Positions 1 through 12,015 of a stretch of DNA of 64,000 nt are shown here, one piece after another (the first letter of the stretch is position 1; each line of letters starts with the position of its first letter). A program made the translations under genes and the position numbers. The notes beneath the pieces are model-generated. The model was given only the letters and a program-made list of their open reading frames with translations, searched no databases and was not told where the DNA came from. This DNA comes from Obrimoposthia wandeli (lineage: Eukaryota): positions 248,001 to 312,000 of the forward strand of contig CDROCS010001239.1 in assembly GCA_977020255.1 (NCBI GenBank), read 5' to 3'.

Positions 1-237
1 AATCTAGTTTCAAAAATATTTATTGGCATCATGGTGGAGGAGGGGAAAGCGGGTTAACCAAAACAGAAGTTTGCAAGTTGAAGGGTATAAAATTTATTGA
101 AGGATTTGATGCAAATTGGTGTGAAAGATTGAAAAAAGAAGATGTAATAATAATTGATGATTTGTATGAGGAGGCTAACAAGGAATTCTAAGGGAGTAAC
201 TGTTTATAAACAAATAGAGAACAATTATAAAAAATAA
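1..237 (+). pseudogene. Packaging ATPase fragment with internal deletion
   Basis: Matches copy-3 ATPase (57352-58001) but jumps from GCTAACAAGGAAT to AATTCTAAGGGAG, losing about 310 bp. Confidence 0.85.
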
Positions 238-416
238 ATTCGCAATGCCTTTTACAAAGTTGATAGTAAAACGTAAAGTAAAATCTAAGAAATCAAAAAA
301 AAGAATCATTAAGAAAAAAGAAGTGAAAAAATTAATCAAATCTGTAGTTAAAAATAAAAAAAAATTTAAATGGCTTCGAATATAAACAATATTTAAATTG
401 AACCTTTTTTATTAAA

Positions 417-745
417 ATGAAGAAAATACAAAGAAGCATACCCTATTTTAAAGCTTTAGTCAAAGCCTCTTCTAATAAGAGAATGATTATTCTTAAAGCA
501 TTTCCATCCTTTGTTGTAGATGATTTATTGGAAGTTTTATATAATATAGTTTTGGGTCGAGTAAAAGTTAGAAATCGGAAAAATATATTAAAGAAATATA
601 GAAAAACTCTTCTAGATATTGCTAATGTAAAAAGTAAAAAAGGAAACGAAATATTATTCTTAAACAGAATGGTGGTTTCATAGGGGCTGTTATTCCAGTT
701 GTTGCTTCAATTATCAGTAGTATTATAGCTGCGACACGTTCATAA
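417..745 (+). pseudogene. Small conserved Maverick virion protein upstream of integrase (frameshifted)
   Basis: ORF 417-683 continues after a frameshift in an A-run as KRNIILKQNGGFIGAVIPVVASIISSIIAATRS*. The GG-F motif plus amphipathic tail resembles an adenain-type maturation site. Confidence 0.65.
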
Positions 746-831
746 ACAATTATTTATAAAATCAGCTAAAGATATGGGTGCTAGCCCTTCTTTACCTAAA
801 CTTAAATTTTCTTTCTATTCAAATTGTTGTA

Positions 832-1855
832 ATGGAGAAGATATGGTTCAATCCAAAAGATCCAATTGGCTACACAGGAGTTTCAAAATTAGAAAAAAGA
901 ACAAAACAAAATTACAAGAAAACGCAGAAATAGCTGAGCGACCAGTTAGCCTACAGTCTGAACAAGCCGATGAGAAGAAGGTTTCCAACTAGAGCTTACA
1001 AAACCAGCGGTCCTAATAATTTATGGCAAATGGATTTGATGGAGATGATCCCATATTCTTCCATTAATAAGGGATATCGATATATTTTAACATGTATTGA
1101 TGTATTTAGCAGGTTTGCTTGTGCAATTCCAGTTAAAGCAAAGTCTTCAATAGCTATGCTTGAAGCCATTAAAGAAATATTAAAAGAGGACATTCCACAA
1201 AATGTGCTAACTGATTTAGGAAAAGAATTTTATAATAAGCAAGTTCAATCATTATTTAAACAAAATAATATAAATCATTACTCTGTGTTTTCACAATACA
1301 AAGCAGCAGTAGTAGAAAGATTTAATCGATTTTGATCGAATTAAAAAGTATTTCACAAAAGAAGGAAATAAAAAATTGATCCAAGTTTTACCTAAAATAA
1401 TACATGCATATAATCACTCTGAACATAGAGGTATCAAGGGAATGAGACCTGTTGATGTTACTAATAAAAACTCTATGGACATTTGGATGAACAGGAATAA
1501 AAAAGATAAAATTAAAAAAGCTAAATATAAGAAAAGCGAATATGTTCGAATTTCGAAAATTAGCTCTACTCCATTTATTAAAAACTTTGATCAGAATTGG
1601 AGCGATGAAATATTTTGTATAAGTAAAATTGATCAAAAGAGTAATCCAATAATGTATACTATTAAAGATGCTGACAATAATATCGTTCACGGTAAATTTT
1701 ACGAGCAAGAACTACAAGTAATATCAAATAAACCTAGCGTTTTCCGTATTCAAAAAATATTAAAATCTAAGGGTACAGGTAAACATAAACAATACTTTGT
1801 TAAATGGCATGGTTATTCAGACCCAACTTGGATATCAGCATCTAATATAATATGA
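832..1855 (+). pseudogene. Retroviral-like (rve) integrase with C-terminal chromodomain
   Basis: Motifs WQMDL, LTCIDVFSRFA, TDLGKEF, VVERFNR, YFVKWHGY. In-frame TAG at 931 and a small frameshifting deletion near 1330. Confidence 0.92.
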
Positions 1856-2835
1856 ATTCTATGTATATGGTTTAACCAAGTAACGGATGTCCGAAGACTC
1901 AACCAGATAATGACGCTAGTAGCTTTATTATCGATTGGGAAAATTCTACAAATCTCCAAGGAGAATGGGAAGCGGCTTTAACAGAATTTTCTTTTTATTA
2001 TTCTCCAATTACTATCAAAAAAAACTCACATATTTCGTTTACAAAAGAAGTTGATCATGAAAAAACAACTGAAGTTGTGATCGGGTTTGATAGTAAAGGA
2101 CAATTCTATTACAATTGTATAGATAAAGAAGTGAAAGTAATATTTGAAAATAACAAAGTCAGATTTAAAAATCGATTAAAATTTTTTCAAGTTATTAAAA
2201 TTAATTTTGAATCTAAAAAAGAAGCTCTTCAATTCAGTTTTGATAGTGAACAAACAGTAGCTCGTAATAAACGGGATATTATCTCATCTAATTCGGTTAG
2301 AAATGTTCCTGGTAGAGTAGCAAAAGTGTTGTTACTTGAAACGAGAACAAAGACTGTAGTGGAACTGAAAACGTTTTCAAAAGATTATAAAATAGATAGT
2401 GAAGTGAATTTCTGTAAATTAATACAGAAGGAATGTAGTGAATATTTGGATAAATGTGAAACATTAAATGGTAAATTAACGTTTACAGTAAAGAGCAATA
2501 TAAAACGAGTTTCATTTGATGATAAACTCGCTAAAAACCTGGGTTTAAACAGAAATATCTTTGAAACCCATACAATAAAAACCATAAAAGCTAAAAATAA
2601 GGCAAAACTTTTAAATGCTGTTAATCATTTATATATTGATACTAATTTAATAGGGACACTGTCGGTATGTGTATAGATCAACCAATGTATCTTCCAGTTT
2701 CTCTCTTTTCTATAAACAATATTGAAGTAAATATTAGAGATGATTCCGGACAACTAATAGATTTCACGTACGGGGCCAAGACAAGTTTAACAATACATTT
2801 AAGAAAACAAAATGGCGAATCCAGCAATAATTGAA
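1852..2835 (+). pseudogene. Minor capsid (penton-like) protein
   Basis: N-terminus MNSMYMV*PSNG...F...L.GEWEAALTEF and C-terminus LYI.TNLI...Y.P...NIEVNIRDD.GQLIDF typical of Maverick minor capsid; stop and deletion present. Confidence 0.75.
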
Positions 2836-3190
2836 GCTTATAGTCAAAGCCAACAAGGTGGAGAATTACCATATTTTGTTGGTAAACAATATGGATCTGG
2901 CTGGCTTAGAACATTAGGTAGATTTGCCTTTTCTCTTTTTAAAGAGACTCGGGCGATTTATATCAAAATTAGGAAAGGATTACCTTTCATCTAATGACAA
3001 TAAACTAATACCAACTTTTAAGAAGCATGCACTTGATGAACTTGATAATGTTTTACCTGAAGTTGCTAATTTAATTAGAAAACATAAATCAAATAAAAGC
3101 CAAGGAGGTAGTGGATTTAAAAGTAAAAAGAAGCTAAAAATTAATATAAACAAACGTAAGAAAGTTGAAGGAACAATATTTGCAAAATGA
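2812..3190 (+). pseudogene. Basic core-like protein between penton and MCP (frameshifted)
   Basis: QQGGELPYFVG.QYGSGW.RTLGRFAF joins via frameshift to a Lys-rich ORF with QGGSG; position and GG motifs fit a Maverick core protein. Confidence 0.6.
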
Positions 3191-4416
3191 GTTGCGCCAA
3201 AACTGAATTATGTAATTTTGATAAACCGCTTCCACTAGTAGTTGTAGATAATGCTTCCTTTGAAGAAATATTCCTAGTTAACTCAGTTTCAGGAACCACT
3301 TTAACCGATTTAGAATTTAATATTAATGGTTCCAATAGCGAGTATTTAGATTTGAATGATACTTTGCTTTATGTTCAAATAAATGTATTAAATCGGGATG
3401 GTACTAATTTAGATGAAAATGCCGATGTAACACCTGTAAATTATCTCTTTAATTCTTTATTTAATGATGCCATTGTTACTCTTAATAATGTAAAAATTGA
3501 AGGTGGAAATTCTTCCTATGCTCATAAAGCTTTGATTGAAAGTCTTTTGAATTATAGTACTGATACTCAAAATACTAATTTGGAAACCATTGGTTATGAT
3601 AAAACTGTTGCAACTCGCAAAGAATGGATTGCAGGTTCTAAAGCTTACGAAATGTGTGGGTCTTTGAGATTGAATTTCTTTGAACAACCGAAATATTTAA
3701 TTCCCGGTGTTAATGTACATCTTCGTTTGAAACGTAATAAATGGAATTTTTCTTTGATAAGCACGGACATTCTAAAACCTAGACTTGATATTTTGGATGC
3801 AAAATTGTATGTTCGAAGAGTTAAAATCGAGCAATCAGTTTTAATGGCACATAATATAGGAATGGAAAAAAACAATGCTTGTTATCCTATTAGAGAAACT
3901 AAACTTATATCTTATTCTTTAGGTACGGGTACACAAGCTTTTAATAAGGATCAAATTTTTGGTGATGTAAGATTACCGAAATTCATTTTAATTTCTTTTC
4001 AAAAAACTGCAAAGTTTCTAGGAAATTATACGACAGATGCAACTCAATTTGACAATCTTAATGTTGGTTCAGTGACACTTTCAAGAAATACTGATTATTG
4101 TGAAACATATAAAACAGATTTCGAAGGTAACGCTTATGCTTTGGCTTATACCCAATCTATTATTCGAAATTTGGGTCAACTAGATAAAAATATAAACAAT
4201 GATATTTCTTTCACTGACTTTAAAAACAGCTGCCCGTTCTTCACATTTGTTTTGGCACCAGACTTTGATATAAACCAATGCCAACTACCAAAGGATGGAA
4301 ATTTACGACTAGAAATTAAGTTCAATGCAGCTTTAACAAATCCTACTACGGTGTTTATTTACGGAGTATTTGATTCGGAAATACAAATCAATAAAAACAG
4401 AACTGTCATATTATAG
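3187..4416 (+). CDS. Major capsid protein (double jelly-roll), intact 409-aa ORF
   Basis: LEFNING...YLDL..T.LYV, LIPGVNV.LRL.RN, LP..I.I.F, LRLE.KF..AL...V..YG.F motifs; canonical position. Confidence 0.88.
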   Translation: MSCAKTELCNFDKPLPLVVVDNASFEEIFLVNSVSGTTLTDLEFNINGSNSEYLDLNDTLLYVQINVLNRDGTNLDENADVTPVNYLFNSLFNDAIVTLNNVKIEGGNSSYAHKALIESLLNYSTDTQNTNLETIGYDKTVATRKEWIAGSKAYEMCGSLRLNFFEQPKYLIPGVNVHLRLKRNKWNFSLISTDILKPRLDILDAKLYVRRVKIEQSVLMAHNIGMEKNNACYPIRETKLISYSLGTGTQAFNKDQIFGDVRLPKFILISFQKTAKFLGNYTTDATQFDNLNVGSVTLSRNTDYCETYKTDFEGNAYALAYTQSIIRNLGQLDKNINNDISFTDFKNSCPFFTFVLAPDFDINQCQLPKDGNLRLEIKFNAALTNPTTVFIYGVFDSEIQINKNRTVIL

Positions 4417-4417
4417 A

Positions 4418-4815
4418 ATGGAGTAAGACATATTTTAAATTTATATTTATTAATTTTTATTTAGTTCAAAACAAGTAAAAGAATCAGCAGAGAATGTCTT
4501 GGGTGATAAATTCAATGGAGTTTATCCTATTGATATGATTTCAATTTTTCAATCTCGAGGTTACATTATCAATACTCATACTTCGAATTTACCAGGAGAA
4601 CATTGATAGCTATTTATGTTAGAGAGTGGACAATACATGTATTTGATCCACTTGCAATGTATTATCCACACAAACTTGTTTCGACTATTCAAAAAGGACG
4701 AAGAAGAGTATTTTACAACAAGATACAATATCAGGATCCTGCGACGAGAAACTGTGGACATTTATGTATTTTATGGTTATCGTTGCAAAACGATTAGTGT
4801 GTTATAAAAATAAAA
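4418..4815 (+). pseudogene. Adenain-like (Ulp1-family) cysteine protease
   Basis: NT..S.LPGEH(W>stop), VFDPL and Q...TRNCGHLC catalytic motifs across frames. Confidence 0.8.
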
Positions 4816-5073
4816 ATTTTAAATGTTTTATTTTGAATTATTTTTTAAATCTCTAAAAATTTAAGGGTAAAATAATAAAAGACATAAGACAATTTGTTTT
4901 AATACATTTATTAATCACAACATCACAATGAGATATGTCAGCAAAGATAAGGCATAATAAATAAGGTCCATCCTAAAAAAGTATTGAAATAACAAATAAG
5001 TTAGAGTCTAGGTGTCATAGGGATCTAAAATTTTAAAAAACTAAACTAAAAAAATCAAAAAAATGAAAACTGT

Positions 5074-6890
5074 TTAAATTCTGAAGTGTCCATAAGCCAG
5101 GCTAGCGTTCCTTTCTACCCAAAAGCGCTTGTCGTCATTACTACTCAACACGATTTTGGTTGATTTATGGGAATACAGTTGATGGGCTCTTGAAATAAAT
5201 CTAGTTTGCTCAACGCTTCCAATACACCCAGTATCATAAACTTTCCGGTAGGCCTCATGTGTAAGATTGTTTCTTCCCACACCCTTTGCTCTCATTGAAC
5301 ATGTATTATTAGATGCATGTAAACTGTAGCATTTAGGGCGTAGGAAAATACAATCATCATACGAAACCTGTCCCTCGCTTTCATCCTTAAATTTCCCGAT
5401 AATGTCCTTTAAACTCATAGAGTGTAGAGGATGGTTAGCGGGATATTTATGGGTATCTAGTAAGTTGTCCCTAAACATTGCTGGTAATAATTGATTATTT
5501 AAACTAACATTCCTACATTCTAAAAAGAAAGAGTCAGTGTCCCCAGCTGCGATTTTAATCTCACAATTAAATTCTTGTCGGTATTTCTCCAATTCTATGT
5601 ATTGAAGCTCATACATTCTGAGTTTAGAAATGTCTAAAACCGTTTGACCTATATAACTCGGTCGATCGAGACAAATACTCTGTTTTCCTAATAACACTGC
5701 TACCAAGTCATCTGCAATTGTAAAACTACGCTTGAAGTTGTACTTGCTAGTATATGTAATTAGTTTACGCTCATCATTGCAAAACCGTAGACAAATACGT
5801 TTCCGCAAATCCTCTGGGATTTCAGTTGTATTTTCTAAATCTGCGAAAGTTTTCGCAAATTTATACGGAAAAATTCCCTTATCGTTAACCGAAGCTGGGA
5901 ACACTGACTGTGTAATTGCCCATGCATTTAAAGATGCCGTTAAATTTTTTAAAGACCCGCTCAAAAACTGCAGAGAATCTATGAATCTTAAACTTCAGAA
6001 TTCAGTATATGCAGTTAAAGATAAATATTTCTCTGAAGTTTGAGGTATACATGAAATTTCCCAAGAGCTTAATGTACCCAACGCGTATTTAAGTATATGA
6101 TGCAAATCATATCCTTTGAGGTTATGAAACACGATGGGAATGCGTGGTTTTTTAGGGAGACGACGGCCAAGGTTACAAAGGTTGCACGCCGCTCCCAAGT
6201 ATCGCCCCGTAACATGATCGTGATCTCTGACTAACTTAGACTGGGTTCCACACAAATAACATAATCTACAAGAATTAAAATTAACCCAGTCTATGCCTGT
6301 CATGATCATTGCTTGATGAGCATTGAGATCATACCACGGTTTGACAATTGTTGTTCCTAATTCCTCTAATTTTAACATAAAATCTAAAATACAATTTGGA
6401 CCGGAAAATTTATGATACTGGGTAATATTGGGGCCTAAGAATAGTAGTCCTGTCGAAGCGGTAGGTGAATACTCTCATACTGGTCGTGCAATGCTAAAAT
6501 TGACTCAAAATCTGCATACACCCTGAATTCCACGGGTATGCATTTTGCCCAATCCCTGAATTTTAAATCCTTATCCTTAGGCATGCTATATAGCGTATTG
6601 TCATCAGGATTCAGTGAACATAATGTCAGATGTTTGCTGTAAGAGAGCTCGGATCGGAACCCATGCAAACATCTATGACACCACTTACACCTTATCCTAA
6701 CCGGTAAGGCTCCATTATCTAAATTTAGAAGACGATCTAAACTGGGAATTGCAGCATAATGGAATTTATTATTCTGTTCGAGCAAAATTAAGTTGACCTG
6801 AGTCCCCTCATTTTTGCTCCTATAAATTACATCTACAAAAGGATTTTTAAAAATTTCTTCGTCTGTTACATTAACTGGGATATCAGTATT
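5074..6890 (-). pseudogene. Protein-primed DNA polymerase B, fragmented and internally deleted
   Basis: VYADFES, RDHDH.TG.Y.G.ACN.CNL, FHNLKGYD.H, GDTDSF, GKFKDE, LRPKCY, DDKR motifs over ORFs 6435-6785, 5995-6378 and 5074-5964; lacks the segment present at 63670-64000. Confidence 0.92.
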
Positions 6891-6900
6891 ATATTTGTTT

Positions 6901-6935
<35 letters not shown>

Positions 6936-6993
6936 TCAAACATTTATTAATGTGAATGCAATCAATTTCTCAAAGGCCCCATAGGGGCCTCTT

Positions 6994-7524
6994 CTACTTT
7001 ACGTAGGTCCGGGTCTCAATATGCTGCTGGTCCTCGGTAGCAGTAACAGTAGCTGCTTGGGGTCTCGGTTTCGTCATTGGAACTTTGAGTAGGTCCGCGT
7101 ACTTTTTAAGTACTATTACGTCATCGCCGGGTACAGTTTTGGGCCCCTCGGCAGTCTCGATTGTAGCGGGGCCACCTTTTCGGCCATTACCCGTAAGCGA
7201 CCGCAGGTCGGTTTTCGGGTACGATTTCTCCTCCTGTCCATGTCGAGATTTCGAACTCTGACCACCACTATTCAAATCTCCCAACAAATCTGTTCGATTG
7301 TTGATAAAAGGTCTCTTTTCGGCATACGAATTTGCTGCTTCCTCTAGACTAATGTTGTTCTTTGCTATTACAAATTTGTCGATAATACCAGACAGTATCT
7401 TTGCGCACTCCTCGTTGACATCATAGTTTCGCAGTAACCCAAAAATATCGTCTTGGGCCCCCTGCAGGAGGTTATAATTACTCCCGTTGTTTACCTGCGC
7501 TTCATTTTTTCTCTTCCTGACCAT
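6994..7524 (-). CDS. Maverick accessory ORF, unknown function
   Basis: 176-aa ATG-initiated ORF inside the element; no motif recognised. Confidence 0.5.
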   Translation of the reverse strand: MVRKRKNEAQVNNGSNYNLLQGAQDDIFGLLRNYDVNEECAKILSGIIDKFVIAKNNISLEEAANSYAEKRPFINNRTDLLGDLNSGGQSSKSRHGQEEKSYPKTDLRSLTGNGRKGGPATIETAEGPKTVPGDDVIVLKKYADLLKVPMTKPRPQAATVTATEDQQHIETRTYVK

Positions 7525-7641
7525 GTCGAAGTTTTCAGATTTTATTATTTTTATTCAGATATTTATAAACAAATTTTTTTTTTTTATTTTTTGTTTGTTG
7601 GATCATTGATAAAAGGCTCATTTTCGGCACACGAAATTGCT

Positions 7642-7845
7642 GTTGTTTGTTGGTTGTTGGTTGTTGGTTGGTGTTTGGTGGTTGGTGGTTGTTGGTTGTT
7701 GGTTGTTGGTTGTTGATTGTTGGTTGTTGGTTGTTGGTTGTTGGTTGTTGGTTGTTGGTTGTTGGTTGTTGATTGTTGGTTGTTGGTTGTTGGTTGTTGG
7801 TTGTTGGTTGTTGGTTGTTGGTTGTTGTTGTTTGTTGTTTGTTGT
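7642..7845. repeat. (GGTTGTT)n heptamer microsatellite
   Basis: Over 20 near-perfect GTTGGTT units visible directly. Confidence 0.95.
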
Positions 7846-7874
7846 TTTTTTTTTATTTTTTTTATTTTTTTATT

Positions 7875-8147
7875 TTATTTTACGTAGTTCCAGGCCTCAA
7901 TCTTCTCCAGCTCCTCGGCTGACAACTTATCCAGGATCCCAGTTGTATGACTCGAGAATTTAGCCCACGAGGCCGCTGTATGTTCGATGGTTTTCAGGGT
8001 TAGTCGGATCTTGATATCCTTGATTTCCTTTGCTTTAAAACCAGCATTTGCAAAGATCCGGTTATTGATTTCAGGCCAGAAGCCGAGGGTCCCGATCCTT
8101 AGCGCGTAGAGTTGCACGAGTTTTTCTGGGTGGCGGGTCTTTAGCAT
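7875..8147 (-). CDS. Maverick accessory ORF, unknown function
   Basis: 90-aa ORF whose ATG overlaps the stop of the predicted spliced gene upstream. Confidence 0.45.
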   Translation of the reverse strand: MLKTRHPEKLVQLYALRIGTLGFWPEINNRIFANAGFKAKEIKDIKIRLTLKTIEHTAASWAKFSSHTTGILDKLSAEELEKIEAWNYVK

Positions 8148-8825
8148 TTCAACGAGGTACTTTCGATGGTACTTCCTGAATAAAAAATAAAAAATATATA
8201 ATAAAAATAAAATATATAATTTAAAAATAATAATAAAAAATACCTAATGAAGGCAATCCAAGTTGAGCTGGAATGAAGTCCTCTTCATTGACGAAATCCA
8301 TCCAGCTGTCGTCCGACATCTCGACGAAATCGGATTCCTCGATGGTCTCCAACCATGAGTTATCGCTCCACTGCTCTATCTCGAAATCTGACTGGGATAT
8401 GTCATTCATCCACTCATTGTTAGACATTTGAGTGGATAGGTCAGAATCAGGAGCCGGGAGACCAATCGCAGGACCGTAAAAGGGTTGATCGACTGCAACT
8501 GGAATTGGAGGTGGAGCGACCTGTGAATCGCGCACCAATTGCATGATATCCCTCTTCTTGTTGTTGGCCGTGAAACACGATAGATGAGCTCGATGTTCAC
8601 TGAAGAAGTCTCGAAACTCCTTCTCCTCCATTGTTATGCAGAAGGGGCAGACAAAGAAGTGAAGCCCGCGAGACTTTGTCCGGTAGTATGCAGACATTGT
8701 CTCCATGCAGGTCTCTCCTCCATGTGGAGCCGAAGCACCACAATACGCAGGGAATAGGTTACAAGTAATCTGAAATAATAAATATTAATAAGGAAATAAT
8801 AAAAATAAATTCTTACCATAGGCAT
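8141..8825 (-). CDS. Predicted 3-exon accessory gene (Cys/His N-terminus, acidic C-terminus)
   Basis: Exons 8825-8817, 8769-8244, 8175-8141. Introns 8770-8816 (47 nt, GTAAGA..TTTCAG) and 8176-8243 (68 nt). The first intron joins MPM in frame to ORF 8221-8706. Confidence 0.6.
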
Positions 8826-9026
8826 TATTTCAAATTGTCGGGGATTTAAATGAAGAAAGTGTTTGCTTATATACTAAAATTTATGCACACATGCTCTTTT
8901 CCTATTGGATTAAAAAATTGAGAAGGTTTGTTTATCTGTTAAATGGTCGAAAAAAAATATTTTTTTATTCCTCCAATCAAAAGATTTAATTGTAATTGAA
9001 TGAAAATTATGAATTAGAAGAATTGT

Positions 9027-9515
9027 TTATCTACATGTCAAGTAATAATAAGAAAGACTTAAACATTTTTTATATGCGCAATGGTCACCATGATTACGAT
9101 ATGGACAGCAAATATTTAGTGGAATTTTTAATAGATGATCACGTGAAATATTTAAAGTATTCAACCTCAATTTAGGAAAATATTTTTTTAAAGTCATATA
9201 TTTTTTGCTATCCATGTCATCTAAAACATAAAAAAATCCATTTTCAATTTCAAAATTAAATTTAATAGTATCGAAAATACATATTTCACAAAAAGCCTTA
9301 TGTCCTTCTTTCCATTTTAATAAATGGAAATATTTAGTTAGATATAAATTAGTGAATTTTTTCTTATAATCTAAACTTTTAAATGGGATATCTATATGAA
9401 ATATGAAATGCAAAGGATGAAAAACGTCGCATACATCCACAATACATAATTCTTTTATAATATAATCCCCATTTTTGTTAATGAAAGCCTCAAAATCTAT
9501 GATATATTCCTGCAT
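9027..9515 (-). CDS. Conserved Maverick accessory protein, DnaQ/DEDD-like fold
   Basis: IIDFEAF...IKEL, N.YLT..FH.L.W..G and C-terminal C..H..CA pattern recalled from invertebrate Maverick accessory genes. Confidence 0.55.
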   Translation of the reverse strand: MQEYIIDFEAFINKNGDYIIKELCIVDVCDVFHPLHFIFHIDIPFKSLDYKKKFTNLYLTKYFHLLKWKEGHKAFCEICIFDTIKFNFEIENGFFYVLDDMDSKKYMTLKKYFPKLRLNTLNISRDHLLKIPLNICCPYRNHGDHCAYKKCLSLSYYYLTCR

Positions 9516-9637
9516 AATTATCTAAATTTGTAGCAAATCCCGTTGTTTATAACGAAGTACTTTCATGTTAAGATTGGAATATTTTGTCAATTCTCCTATG
9601 TAACATAATCAATAAAGACAAAATAATAATCAAAAAT

Positions 9638-9901
9638 TTATTTTTTTGTAGAAGGACCCTCTTCCGGTTTAATCTGGAGGATTCTCTTTCTTGCTGCTCG
9701 TCGAACATTCTCCATCTCTTCTCTTCTTTTTTCATCCACCTTCCTTTTTTCCAATTCGATCTTCTTATTCCACTCCACGATTCGACGGCGTTCTGCTAGC
9801 CTCCTATCCTGTATCTCCACCCGATGATTCCACTCCGTCGCGACAGCAGTATACAAATTTTGATTGAGGACCCTCTTTCTTAAGTCCCCTTTTATTCTCA
9901 T
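9638..9901 (-). CDS. Basic coiled-coil accessory ORF
   Basis: 87-aa Arg/Lys/Glu-rich ORF ending in an NLS-like PSTKK; start uncertain. Confidence 0.35.
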   Translation of the reverse strand: MRIKGDLRKRVLNQNLYTAVATEWNHRVEIQDRRLAERRRIVEWNKKIELEKRKVDEKRREEMENVRRAARKRILQIKPEEGPSTKK

Positions 9902-10153
9902 TTATTCTGATGTTTGCTTCAATCTTCGTCACCAGACTCTTCATTTTAATGAATTCCATTTTTTTAATTGTGAAAAGGTTAATAAATTTGAACCTATATA
10001 TATAAATTAAAGATATTTTTTAATCCAATTAAATGATATATTTTTATTTATCAAATGAGTGTTTAATAAATCTATAACTTATCATTGCAAATAAACTTAA
10101 AGATAGTATTTCTACATTTAAAAAAATAAGTATTAAGAAGAAAACATATGAAA

Positions 10154-12015
10154 CTAATGTTTATAAATTATATTTTTAAACATCTTTACGAAGTCATCAT
10201 TGGGATCATTCGGGTCGTAATCCCTCCGACTAAGTATTATAGGAGAAAGCGGTACTGGTTCCTTCTTCTTTGGCCGGCCCGGTTTCTTTTTCGGCTTCAC
10301 CGGTTGCTTTGTAGCAATTGTCCTTCCCTCAGGTTTTGGCAATAGTTGCTGCAACTTTTTGGGAGGAGGTGCAGCCGATGTTGATGGTTCCGACGTAGAA
10401 GTCCTCTTCCTCTTCCGTGGAGCTTTCTTCTGTTTCTCCTCCTTCTCACGCTGAAGCTGGCGTGAGACGGCATCCTGTTGCCCACGCGAATCTGGAAGCA
10501 TTGCCGGTGAATCCAGTTCCGCCAGGAATTCAACCAATCCAGCGTCATCCCAGGCCCTCTTCAAGTTCTGGCTGGTTGTTGGACGAGGAGAAGCAGTCTC
10601 CTGCATGCGTCGTTGACTTGAGGGCGGACTTATCTCGATCGGCGAGACTGCGATCCTCTCATATAGGATTGGTCCGTCTTCCACTGGAGATTGGAGAATC
10701 TCCTGCTGACCAATCACCGTCTCAGAATAAGGACCAATTGAGGTTTTACATTTTATCGAGCGTCTTGTCTTCTTCACCTCTGCCCTCTTCGTCCGTTTCC
10801 GCGAGAAAGGAGTAACTTCTCCCCAAGTCTCCTCAAATATTTGGACGGGTTCCTGCAAAATATTAATAAAATTTAAACATATAAATAATTTACCTCAATG
10901 ATGGGCAGGTTAGCCTGTTTCACCAACTTGGCCTTCTTCCGCGTGAGGGTTTTGACCCGATGGCGTTGCGGTTTCTTAACTGCCGCTTGCTTCCTATCCA
11001 CCGGTTGAATAGACGTCGCGTCTTCGTGAATGTTCTCCATCTATGTGAATTATTAAATTTAATATCTAAATAATTTACCTTAAAATTATCTGGAGACGCT
11101 AGGTATCGGAGCTGACTCCTGGGCAGCTCCTGGCTGCATTGACTCGCCAAGTATTGCGGTTCAATTAGCCTCTCCACCATGGTCACTGACGGTGCCAAAT
11201 CCAGTTGAAGTTTCTGAAAATGAAATTTAAAAACATTTAAAATAAATGATGTCTAACCTCATTCGTTGCTTTTATTCTCCTAACAGGAGATTTCGGCCTT
11301 TTGAATGGTTCAGGCATTGTATTATCTGCTTTCGGAGTAGCAGAGGGAGTGAGACCATCCCAATCGTCGGTGAACAGGTGCCACTCGTCCTCGTCCAATT
11401 CTGCTACCATTGACTCGTTGGCTCCTGGGGCTCCGATACTTGACTGTATCCATTCGTCGATGAATGTAGTCAAGTCCTCCTCCCAATCCGAAGGTACATC
11501 ATCAGTAAACAGCTCCTCGTCTGAGTCTGGTGCGAGGACTTTCTCCGGTTGAGACAACGGGATCAATTTCCAGGGGCATTTGATTGCCGCCTCAAAATTG
11601 TCGAAGAGATTGGATCTCCCTGCTGCTACTGCTGAAGTTGCCGGACGATTGGGTTTTGTGTTTTGTCTGGAGTACAGTCTTCCCAATTCTCAATCGAATC
11701 CTGACTAGTCAGATCGATATATTGGGATCTCTGTACCCCACCTCTCACGTCCATTGGTTCTTCTCTTGAAGTTGAGCTGGCCAATGAGGCTTCCAACAGG
11801 TTCGCTCTTGCTGCTGCTTCTCCTTCGCTCACCACCGATGACTCTTGACTATCTAAGTTAATGTAATGCGACGGTGGTAGCGTTCGCTGCTGCACTGGAG
11901 AGAGATCCCCATAGAGTTGAACCTCCGTCTCTTCGTCTAGGTCAACGTTGTTGTAGAATGGCATTGCTGATTTATGAAAAATAATGAACGGAGGTGTCTT
12001 TATATACACAAACAT
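10154..12015 (-). CDS. Predicted multi-exon, disordered acidic/basic accessory protein (IE/oncoprotein-like by composition only)
   Basis: Introns 11214-11257 (44 nt), 11041-11078 (38 nt) and 10853-10893 (41 nt) each join neighbouring ORFs in frame. The link to ORF 11626-12015 needs a frameshift. Confidence 0.6.

Noticed and set aside
996-3875. Short antisense ORFs over integrase, penton and MCP (also repeated in copies 2 and 3)
   Set aside because: Shadow frames of real genes; their recurrence reflects DNA duplication, not selection.
7637-7963. 108-aa W/L/V/G/C-rich ORF resembling a membrane protein
   Set aside because: It is a translation of the GGTTGTT microsatellite.
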